A DNA stretch of 64,000 bases, from positions 3,162,001 to 3,226,000 of the forward strand of contig JBHGNT010000012.1 in NCBI GenBank assembly GCA_043228905.1. Reading direction: 5' to 3'. Of this stretch, positions 48,848 to 60,467 are shown piece by piece. Every line of letters begins with the position of its first letter. Position 1 is the first letter of the stretch. Position numbers and translations under genes: made by a program. The notes beneath the pieces were generated by a model. The model worked only from the letters and a program-made list of their open reading frames with translations. It made no database searches and had not been told where the DNA came from. This DNA comes from Azolla caroliniana (lineage: Eukaryota; Plantae; Polypodiophyta).

Positions 48848-51800
48848 ATGACGAGAAGGACACCCATAAAGAAGACATTGATGAAAGAGAAAGTGAAGAC
48901 ACCAGTGAAGGAAGGAAGAAGGACACCCATGAAAGAAAGCAAGAAGACACCCACAAGAGAAAGGGTGATGAATTCATCAACACAGAGAAAGAAGATGTAC
49001 CACTCCATCAGTCGAGACACACCTCTTGGATGGAATTATTTCCTTCGAGCACGACCTGACGTGTATCCAGAGCTGAGAGAGTGGTTGTTAAAAACCTGGG
49101 GGTCAGCACATCCCGACACAAGGCGAGGATTCCACATAAGTGGTTTGAAGAGGGAATACATGAATTTATTGAAGACAAGATACGAACATGTTTATGATAC
49201 AAATCAAATCACTAACAATGAGGTGGGTACTGTTTTTGCACGTGCTTTTGCATGTGAAGTTCAAGGTGGCATTGACGTAAATTGGGAAGATTTTAATCGG
49301 CACCGGTCAGAACATTACAAAGGGTCCTCCAGTACCAACACTGGCTTGAAGTCATCTGGAACCTCTCATGTGGATATTCTAGCTATAACACCTATCCACC
49401 AAGTTCTAGAGGCAAAGGTACGGGCCACAATGACTGAAAAGCATGAACAGATGATGGCCGGTTGCATAGCTTCTATGAGCTCAAGAATACAAACACTACT
49501 TGCCGATTTGGAAGCAGTTAAATCAGTTGAGATACAGGCAGAAAAGAAATTTTCTTCAATAAAAACTACATATGAATGGATTGCATCGACAATCCAAAAT
49601 TCAGAAAGTGAGGTCTTGAAAGAGGAGTTGAAGAAAGAGCTAAACAATATGGGCACTCAATTAGGTTCACAGATGAGAGACCTTGATACTTGCAGGAATG
49701 CACATGAAGAAATAGATAATAAGTTGTCAGCCTTAAAGTTGCATTCTGAGAACCTTGCATGCTTGATGCAGGATTTAAAACAAAATGGTTTTGATACTTT
49801 GTGTCCATCTGTAATTGAGCACCCAAGTGGTATAGAAAGTACCATTATTAGTATAGCTATATCACGGTATTGGCTTTAAAAGTTATTTATTTCTACTTCT
49901 TTGGTATAAATAAGTGAGCAACTAATATATTATAACTTGTGTTTGCAATCTTCCAGGTGTATATTTTGTGGCCTCGGATTCAAGCTGGAGGCTATGGATG
50001 TTGTGATTACACCATGCTTGCACACATATCATGTGCTATGTGCTAAGTATCATTTTGAGAAAGAGAATACATGTATGGACTGTAAAACTACAATTGCGGC
50101 TGAGTGGTACTATGCTTGGGGTTTAAAAGTACACCCGTACGGTATGTGGCTCTACTATTCTATTGTTTGTATTATATGATGTCAATTAACATTTGGACTA
50201 GAACTAGTGTATGCCACAATTCATACTTCAAATTTAGTGTAATCTCTAACAACTATTATGTGGAACCCTAATTATGTGGGTTAGTATTGGCAGTACTCTT
50301 AATATATAATTGGTATGTGTAGCTGAAGGGATATTTTCCACAATTAGTAGTACTAAAAGGGAACCAGGTACAACATCGTCCAATCTATATTGCAACTTGC
50401 CTAGTATTAGTTTAGTAAACACTATACTTATAGTACACTGTTGACTGTTAAGATTGTTTGTGTAACTTGGGAATTAGTACTAGTAATGTAATTTGGGAAC
50501 AAGGTGTATAGTAAATTGTTGAATAATAGTACAATTATTGTAATTTGGAAATGAGGTGTGTCAAACACATATCACGTTTAGTACTAATACTGTTCAAGAT
50601 TAATACTGTTGGTGTAATTAGTACAAGTTATGTAACTAGGTGTGTAGAAGACATATCATGTTTAGTATTACTTGTGTGCAAAATACCAATCTACATTTGT
50701 TGGATTAGTACTTAGTAAGTACTACATGGTTCATGATTAGTACTAGTTCTGTACTTTGTGAACTAAGTTACTAGTACATTGCTCATGATTAATACTAGTT
50801 TTGTAATTTGGGAACTGAGTAGTACTTTGTTCCTTATTAGTACTAGTTTTGTACCTTATTAGTACTAGATCAGTAATCTAGAAAATAAGTGAGTAGAACA
50901 TTTTGTAGGATTAGTACTAATTGTGTAATTTGACTAAGTCAGTGGTACATTGTTGAGTAGTACATTGTTCAGGATTAGTACTAATTGTGTAATTTGACTA
51001 AGTCAGTGGTACATTGTTCGGGATTAGTACTCCTTGTGTAATTTGCTAACTAAGTGAGTAGTATATTGTGCATGATTAGTACTACTTGTGTAAATTGGGA
51101 ACTAAGTGAGCAGTACATTGTTCGGGATTAGTACTCCTTGTGTAATTTGGTAACTAAGTGAGTAGTATATTGTGCATGATTAGTATTACTTGTGTAAATT
51201 GGGAACTAAGTGAGCAGTACATTGTTCGGGATTAGTACTCCTTGTGTAATTTGCTAACTAAGTGAGTAGTATATTGTGCATGATTAGTACTACTTGTGTA
51301 AATTGGGAACTAAGTGAGCATTACGTTGTTCGGGATTAGTACTCCTTGTGTAATTAGGTAACTAAGTGAGTAGTATATTGTGCATGATTAGTACTACTTG
51401 TGTAAATTGGGAACTAAGTGAGCAGTACATTGTTCGGGATTAGTACTCCTTGTGTAATTTGCTAACTAAGTGAGTAGTATATTGTGCATGATTAGTACTA
51501 CTTGTGTAAATTGGGAACTAAGTGAGCATTACGTTGTTCGGCATTAGTACTCCTTGTGTAATTTGCTAACTAAGTGAGTAGTATATTGTGCATGATTAGT
51601 ACTACTTGTGTAAATTGGGAACTAAGTGAGCATTACGTTGTTCGGGATTAGTACTAGTTCAGTGATTTAGGAAATAAGTGAGTAGTACATTGTTCAAGAT
51701 TAGTACTACTTATTAATTTGACTTAGTCAGTGGTACATTTTTCGGGATTAGTACTTGTGTAATTTGGTAACTAAGTGAGTAGTATATTGTGCATGATTAG

Positions 51801-53818
51801 TACTACTTGTGTATGTTGTGCATGATTAGTACTAATCGTGTAAATTGGGAACTAAGTGAGCAGTACAGTGTTCCTTATTAGTACTAGTTCAATAATTTAG
51901 GAACTATGTGAGTAGTACATTGTTCATGACTGGTACATTGTGTAAAATGGGAAGCAGCTCTTGTGACCTACATTATATATTTTAGATGATGGTACTAACA
52001 TTCAAGGTTTTTTTGTTTCTTGCAATGAATGTTGTAGTGTCAAGCAACTCCACGCCAGGGAAGGTAATGGAACAACCCGCCCCTGTGCCTAAACCCTCAA
52101 TATCTGCTGCACATTCCAAGGTTCAGGGACCATCATTACCAATAACCTATGATTTTTATGATGAGGATGAATGTATGAGAAGGGCCATTGGAGCAGTGGA
52201 ACATATGCTTCTACAAACAAATTCCCCAAGCTCCGGTCAACATCAAGAAATAGAGCCCACTAAGAAGAGAAATGCAGTTTCTTTACAAATAGAGCCCAGT
52301 AAGAAGAGAAATGCTGCAAGAATGTTGTATGGAAACGACAAGAAAGGCAAAGTTGAATGCAATGGTGAGTCATATAAGTTCTCACCTGTCTGGAGCATTG
52401 TCAACCTAATCCATTGTCTAATACCATGTACTTGTGTTACTAGCTGATGATGAAATGATATTTGGTGACGGAGATACGAGTCCAAAACCTGATCATGAAG
52501 ACGAATTTATCACACTCCCAGGTACACGTCAAAAGCCAGACTTTGAAAACAATGATTTAGCTCATAACAACCCTATTCTTGTTGTTATTATAGATCATAA
52601 CAACACTGTTGAGCACCTAGATGTTGTGGAGAAGATGACCGAGCCCACCACTTGCAATGGGGTATCTACGGCTGTACAGTATGACGATGTAACATTAGGT
52701 AAAAATGTGGCCCTAAACCCTATGTTCATTGTTTGCAAACTTTTGAGTATGTGAGTTCATACCAATATTCTTTGGAATCCCATTAATTAGGTTTACAAGA
52801 GCAGTCTGATTCCCAACTGCAATCAAATGAATCGGGAACTTCATGGAGCACAAGTGCAGAATCAGATTCCCATCAGAGTCAGAATCAAATTAACCTTTGC
52901 AAGGAGGCAGACTCTAGAAGCACATCTTCCACACATGAGGATTGTGAGAAAAACGAAGCATTCATATGTGAAGAGCAGCTGGCATGTACAAACAACACTA
53001 TGTCTAAAGAAGCCTATGAGTGTGGAAAGAATATGGCAAGTACTGAAGAGAAGATTGAAGCCCATGAAGAGTGTGGAAAGAATATGGCAAGTACTGAAGA
53101 GAAGACTGATTGTACTGATAATGTGGCAAGTGCTGAAGAGAAGACTAATTGTACTGATAATGTGCTAGTACTATCTAAAGATTCCCATGAGGATCATGGA
53201 AAGAACATTGCTAGTAATGAAGAGGAGCTTGATTGTACTGAGAATGTGCTAGTAGTGTCTTGTGAAGCCCATGAGGATCGTGGAAAGAACATCGCTTTCC
53301 CTGAAGATAAGCCTGATTGTACAGAATCCCATGAGGAGTGTAGAGTGAACAACGTTACTAATGAAGGTGGGCCTGATTGTACTCAGAGCGAACAACGTTG
53401 TCTTAAGAATGAGGTGACATCCATCGTACAAGAGGAGTTGACCATGACTACTGCCACGGTCCACATACAGGAGTCTAATAAGAACGAGTGTATAGGCATC
53501 GGTGATGATGATAGGGCAATAAAGATCGCTAGGAGTACAAGCATTCAGGAGATGAGTGATAATTTGTCTATCGACAGCACCTTTGTGGATTTGTGTACAA
53601 GCATTGCAGTTGCAGAAAACATAGTTGCTCTCTCAAGCTTGCCACCAGTACAAGGTGCCCGCGCATCCACGCCTGTCTCTGATGCCTCTGATGATGAAGT
53701 GCCACTTAGTCAGCTCATACCTAAAGGCTTTAAGATAAAGAAGAATGTAAAATCAGAAAAATCTGGCACCAACAACAAGCGCATTACAAGATCGGCCAAG
53801 TTACCCTCTAGTGCCTGA
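48848..53818 (+). CDS. Transposon-borne accessory protein with coiled coil and RING-H2, 6 exons, about 952 aa
   Basis: Exons 48848-49866, 49957-50141, 50323-50367, 52038-52364, 52444-52698 and 52791-53818 join in frame at GT-AG sites (2859 nt, no stops). RING: CIFC...PCLHTYHVLC...CMDC. Confidence 0.75.
51010..51660. repeat. 104-bp (2 x 52) tandem array in an intron of the cargo gene, with degenerate flanks about 50690-51930
   Basis: tacattgttcgggattagtactccttgtg recurs every 104 bp, about 6 copies. Rich in AGTACT. Confidence 0.92.
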
Positions 53819-54932
53819 TTGTCTTTCGATTGTACTTGAACTTTAGTTGTTAGTGATGTCTGAAATTGAACTATTTGGATACCAAAATACTGTTTCAATT
53901 GCCAATGTAAAAAATCCAGTTCATGAATCTGAAATAGTTATACCAGTGTGAAATCAAGTTCATGTTTAAGGATTGCTTCTATATTTTGCTCATCAACATA
54001 TATCAAAAACAATGGGAATATACTTTTTGATCTAAGTATTCTTATTTTACAACGTTTTGTTTCTTTTTTGAGATCATCTCCTAATCCTCGCAAAGTCTTT
54101 CAGTCTATTGTAGATAAAATGCTTGAAAGTCTTCTTAGCTTGCTAGGAAAATTTAGGTTTTTAGGTGTTGATGATGAGAAACAGAAAATATCGGGTATCG
54201 GGTGTTATTGAAGATATCCTGAAGTATAGACTGTTTCATCAATCCCATTTGGACGGTAACCAGAATGTGTGCAAATTGTTGAAGCAATGTGGGCCATATT
54301 TTGATGATATCATCCCAAAGGATGAATCATCCACTAACAGTAGTAAGGAAACACTTACCTTTTTGAGCTATCACAAATTATTGTTTCAGAAGTTGGATTA
54401 TTTTGTTAAGGAAAGGAAGGTTTGTACTTTAAAATCCATAGCCTGGATATTCAGGACTTATATACAAGAAGTAAAAACTCAGATGGCTTCACAGGACATA
54501 TCATGAAACAAAAAAGGATTCTGAGAGAATAATTTTCATTGTTGTCTTCACAGAATTCATCGCCCCCTTTGAAAAATGAACTTACAGTAGAAAATCTTAC
54601 AATATTAAAGTCTTTAATGAATTCAACTAACAATCTTCTCTTGGTAGCAAAAGAAGAGCAGATTTATGTGCCAACAGAGGACACACCAACTCTGCAAAAC
54701 TCCTATGCTCAAATAACATCAGGAAACATGAGCAATATCGGCAATGAAGAAATCCAAGTCCTGTTGATAACAACTAATATATTATGAAAGATAAGTACAA
54801 GTGGTTGAGAGGCATAAACCCTTTGGAAGAAAGACGAAATATATCAATTCATTTGTCAATCATCAAAATTAATAGTGAACTCCAAGTGGATGTTTTTCAG
54901 TTTTCTAGTACAATGTATTGATAGGGTGACTT

Positions 54933-57900
54933 TCAAGCATTAAATAGAGAGACCTCCCCTAATATGTGCTCATGAACCTCTTGGGGGACCTTGTAGACAG
55001 TGTTGTATCCCTTAACCTTGTGCTTTGCTTGAGTCATACTGAATTTGATCGCAAGAATGGCATCAGCGTAGATTTTTGTGATGGGTGCTTCTTTTAGTAA
55101 TGCATATGTGTTCTTGCACTGCGGCAACTTTGCATAATAGTTTCCATACACGTCAGACTCACCAACGTTGAAATTGTTGCCCCAACCATCCCTCACCACT
55201 TCTTTCAATAATGTCTTTCCTTGCTTGCACACCACAATGTAGTAGTCTTCTAAATCTTCATTCTGAGAATATTTGAGCACTGCAAAATGATCTCCAACTT
55301 CCAATAAAACTGCCAAGTCTTGATTTTGGTTGTAGTATACAATATCGTTTGAATGCACATCCTCTTCAATATCATCTTGTAGTTCAGGCTCAAGCTTCTG
55401 CAGCTTCCAGGGCTCCACGATTGATAGGTTGATGCATTTATCCCAAGCTTCATCTAGACACATGGAACAAAAGCATGATAAACTACGGAGTAACAATTGG
55501 GTTGTGTCCTTGCGGCTAAACCCTAACACACAATGGGTGCTGCGTGTCCCTTTCACGGTTTTACAACCATATGATTTAGTTCTATCGACCTCATCAGCGC
55601 GAACTTCAACAAACAATCTGTTCTTACCATCATTTGACATCTTCCATGTTAGCCACTGCACAACATCATGTGCATTTTGTAACTTAGCGCCATTATTATC
55701 CAACTGCTCACTTGTAAGGGCACGTTTGATCACAGCCCCCGCGCCATCATGCTCTCCTTTTCCATGTCCAGACCCGAAGTAATTCCATTGCATACGAATA
55801 TTGAATAAGGAGAAATACCTGCTTTGGTGAGTACAAGATGAGTACAATACTATGAGTACAACATGAGTAAATACTGATTTAGTACAATTCTCTTAAGGAC
55901 GGACAATACTATGAGTACAAGATGAGTACTTTATATCCTCCTGTAAACACAACATAGTACAGATACAACACACAACATAGTACAATGTGTCTATGGAGAA
56001 CCCTTCACATGGATTAAAACATAATTAGTACAATTCTCTTAAGGACGGACAATACTATAAGTACAATATGAGTACTTTACATCCTTTTGTAAACACAACA
56101 TAGTACAAAACCAACACACAACATAGTACAATGTGTCTATGGAGAACCCTTCACATGGATTAATCGATACTTAGTACAATTCTCTTAAGGACGGACAATA
56201 CTATGAGTACAAGATGAGTACTTTACATCCTCCTGTAAACACAACATAGTACAGAACCAACACACAACATAGTACAATGTGTCTATGGAGAACCCTTCAC
56301 ATGGATTAAAACATAATTAGTACAATTCTCTTAAGGACGGACAATACTATAAGTACAAGATGAGTACTTTACATCCTTTTGTAAACACAACATAGTACAA
56401 AACCAACACACAACATAGTACAATGTGTCTATGGAGAACCCTTCACATGGATTAAAACATAATTAGTACAATTCTCTTAAGGACGGACAATACTATAAGT
56501 ACAAGATGAGTACTTTACATCCTTTTGTAAACACAACATAGTACAAAACCAACACACAACATAGTACAATGTGTCTATGGAGAACCCTTCACATGGATTA
56601 AAACATAATTAGTACAATTCTCTTAAGGACGGACAATACTATAAGTACAAGATGAGTACTTTACATCCTTTTGTAAACACAACATAGTACAGAACCAACA
56701 CACAACATAGTACAATGTGTATATGGAGAACCCTTCACATGGATTAAAACATAATTAGTACAATTCTCTTAAGGACGGACAATACTATAAGTACAAGATG
56801 AGTACTTTACATCCTTTTGTAAACACAACATAGTACAAAACCAACACACAACATAGTACAATGTGTCTATGGAGAACCCTTCACATGGATTAATCGATAC
56901 TTAGTACAATTCTCTTAAGGACGGACAATACTATGAGTACAAGATGAGTACTTTACATCCTTTTGTAAACACAACATAGTACAGAACCAACACACAACAT
57001 AGTACAATGTGTCTATGGAGAACACTTCACATGGATTAAAAGTTACTTAGTACAACATAATACAAACAAAATTAGTATGCATGCATCCATTCACAAGTGC
57101 AAGATTCGAATAGTTAGAAACATAATTAGTATGCATCGATGTGACTAGTACTGTTTGTTAATAGTTACAAACATAATTAGTATGCATCCACTAACACAAG
57201 ATTTACTTCCTTACACATTGCATGATAAGTATTAAACATATGGATTAAAAATTACCTGGCGATAAAGTAGAACGATCGTGCCGCCTTAAACTGCGAGGCA
57301 GCACCATCAGACCAAACCCAATGACGGTTAAAGGTTAACCCTAGAGAAAATAAATCTGCATGGTGAAGCTTAAAACAATGTTGAACAAATAGTGTATCAT
57401 GCTTTTTATCATCTGAAATGTAAAATATTGATTTCTTATGTAACTCACCGTCTTGCCTCCAATAGCAAATATGTACAAGTATTGTACATTGATCATTGTA
57501 CCAATGCATTGATTGAACCTCATTTTGAACTTTAAATGTATAGTTTTCTGCAAAATCAATAACGGATACAATGACACCCGTTGGTAAGTTATTAATACAT
57601 TCCTTGAACTGTGAATTTTGCCAATAACTCCGGAAGTTATGTGGAATAAACTCCCCAAGTTGTTTCTTAAATTCTGAGACAAGGGTAGCAGCACATGTCT
57701 CCTTATATACTTCCTTGATACGCTTAGTTACAACTCCCTTGCCAATATTTTCAGTCACATACTCCAAATATTTCCATTTCACGATATGACTATTTCCCAT
57801 ATCAAGCTCCTGCCTACAAAATAATGGTAGCGGACAAACCTTACATGTTCTTAATAGACATGTACGACGATGCCACTCACACGATGGTTCTTTTTCACAA

Positions 57901-58903
57901 ACACAAGATCTCCATAGCTCAGAAACGGATGCATAAGTCATGTTTCGTGCATTACACCTATTATCCTCCCCATTTGGTCTACAAATCTCACAAGTGCAGA
58001 CACATAATTCCCCATGTATACCCTTAGAATCAGTACGCATTGCATTCACAGAAACCCTTAACATGTCCATCTTCACATGGTACACACAACAACATGTATT
58101 CCTCTCATTTAATTTTCTAACATAAAATGGTTTCAAACCTTGGAACTTGCGGAATCCGACAGTCAAGCTTGGATGTTGGTCTTTAAAGTTCATGTACAAT
58201 TCAGCCTACATCAACCAATATATATAGCAAACATTAATATACACTTGGTCAAAACACAAAGTTATGGAATGTGAATTGATATAAAAAAATGGAATACCTC
58301 TGTCATCTCCAAGAAGTGTCTAGGGTGAATCTGGTACTTACCCTGACTTATTCGTTGTCTACACACGTCCTTCTTATTTGGTGAGACACGCGTATTTTTG
58401 GCCCAAAATGAATCCACTTTCTCAATAATCTCTTGAGATAAGGCATCACATCGTCGTCTACGTCCCGACCCCAGCCACTTGAATTTGCTTGAGTGTATAT
58501 TTCGGCGATGTTTCCTCAAGTTCCTTCTTTGAATACCCAGGGCTAAGGCAACTTTAGTATCACTATATTTTTTTTCTCTCACACCATTCACAACCATGTG
58601 TAGGGCTGCCCTCTTTGCAGCAAGTTTGTCTAAGCTCTCTACACCTTTCACTAAGTCTAGGGATGACTTCATAGACTCCACAATCTCTTCTGAAACACAT
58701 TGGTCCCTAAATTTTATTCTCTCCATGTCTTCATTCAAACTTTGATGGTGTAACACTCTACAAATAATATCCCTACGATCCTCTTCACTAAATCTCTTCG
58801 TTATTTCTACCAAATAACGAACTATGTGAAGAACCACTCGTCTCTTAGTCCTTTCAGATATGCATGAGTTACTTGACAACTCACTCTCGTTAGGAACCCC
58901 CAT
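54933..58903 (-). CDS. Sola2-like DDD transposase, 3 exons, about 813 aa
   Basis: Exons 58903-58298, 58205-57256 and 55818-54933 join in frame (2442 nt). Motifs CCCVYH, VIDFAENY, EVQSMHW, ISDDKKHD, WSDGAASQFK, FGSGHGKGEHDGAGA. The start codon is uncertain. Confidence 0.85.
55880..57055. repeat. 146-bp tandem array, 8 copies, in the transposase intron
   Basis: aattctcttaaggacggac at 55886, 56032, 56178 and onward to 56908. Multiple AGTACA sites per unit. Confidence 0.95.
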
Positions 58904-58958
58904 TCGGTCACTAGATTTATCCACAAAAATTAAGTGTCTTGCGAAAGTAGTTAATGTT

Positions 58959-59756
58959 ATATAGACTCAACCAAGAAAACACAATCAAATGTTTTTAAAT
59001 GTGGCCTGCAAAGTGAGAAATATTTTGTTTCAAACATTAGAATTACATATCAAATATGGCAAATGTCAATTCTAAAAATTTAGTACTGAAATATGAAGAA
59101 ATGAAACATTTTAGTACTGAAAATGAAAAAAATGGATGGAAGGAACCTCCAATGGTGGAGGGAGCGTGGATATATAGACTCAACCAAGAAAACACAATCA
59201 AATGTTTTTAAATGTGGCCTGCAAAGTGAGAAATATTTTGTTTCAAACATTAGAATTACATATCAAATATGGCAAATGTCAATTCTAAAAATTTAGTACT
59301 GAAATATGAAGAAATGAAACATTTTAGTACTGAAAATGAAAAAAATGGATGGAAGGAACCTCCAATGGTGGAGGGAGCGTGGATATATAGACTCAACCAA
59401 GAAAACACAATCAAATGTTTTTAAATGTGGCCTGCAAAGTGAGAAATATTTTGTTTCAAACATTAGAATTACATATCAAATATGGCAAATGTCAATTCTA
59501 AAAATTTAGTACTGAAATATGAAGAAATGAAACATTTTAGTACTGAAAATAAAAAAAAGGATGGAAGGAACCTCCAATGGTGGAGGGAGCGTTGGATATG
59601 CCGCCTCGATTTGGTGGAAGGAACCTCCAATGGTGGAGGGAGCGTGGATATGCAGCCTCGATTTGGTGGAAGGAACCTCCAATGGTGGAGGGAGCGTTGG
59701 ATATGCCGCCTCGATTTGGTGGAAGGAACCTCCAATGCCGCCTCGATTTGGTGGAA
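58959..59756. repeat. 213-bp repeat (about 3 copies) followed by about 52-bp repeats, upstream of the transposase
   Basis: atagactcaaccaag at 58961, 59174 and 59387. ggaaggaacctccaatggtggagggagcg is repeated over 59560-59750. Confidence 0.92.
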
Positions 59757-60467
59757 AAAGCCCCAAATCACCATGACATCAACTGCAATCGGTGGAAGTA
59801 CGAAAGTCGTTGTCAAAGAAGTGACTATTGGCTGCTACCTAAACCCTCAGAACAGTCTCTGTACCTCAACCGAAACCTAACAAAAACAGAAACCCTAAAA
59901 AAATCAGAAATCCTCAACTCAAACTCTCCAACCAGACATGGATGTCTGAGATTTAGATTGAAGGAAAATCAGAAACGTGACATGGATGTCTGTGATGAAA
60001 AGCTCAGAGAGATAGAGGAAGAACAGTATGAGGGGAATCGCCAAAACGACGTGAGGGGAAGCGCCAAAATCGACGTGAGGGGAAAATAGCCCCCAAAATG
60101 GAAGAACATCTCCTCACGTGTTCCCCCCACTCCTTCTACAGTAAATGACACTTGTACTACAGTCACCCCACTCTCCAAAATCGATTTTCTTTTTCTCTAA
60201 TTTTTTTTCTGAATTATTCAGTACTAACAGTATTGAAAGTACTGACAATTTTTGTGGCCAAAAACAATACTTTTTTGGTACCCCGTAGCGTGCTTCGACC
60301 CACCTGTTGCACGCATGTGAATCTACAATAGAGCATGTAGGTATGCATGCATGTGCCAAGTGTAAATACTACAAGGGAGCAACTATGCACATGATGCTAG
60401 CAAAATAATAAGGAACAATTACATACATAACTAGTACTAGATATCTTGGTTAACTCATAATAGTAGA

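Larger units (their letters stand above)
47323..60301 (-). mobile_element. Sola2-like cut-and-paste DNA transposon, 12,979 bp, two genes
   Basis: 27-bp TIRs gggttgaagcatgctacggtgtaccaa (47323-47349) and ttggtaccccgtagcgtgcttcgaccc (60275-60301), 24/27 matching. 4-bp TSD acct at 47319-47322 and 60302-60305. GRG termini. Removing it restores a gypsy LTR. Confidence 0.9.

Noticed and set aside
55880-57055. Regular arrays (146, 104, 78 and 54 bp) as CRISPR arrays
   Set aside because: The units are contiguous with no unique spacers, there are no cas genes, and the context is eukaryotic with introns.
59469-60089. Repetitive ORFs upstream of the transposase as extra exons
   Set aside because: They arise from the 52-bp repeats, and no convincing in-frame splice link to the transposase was found.
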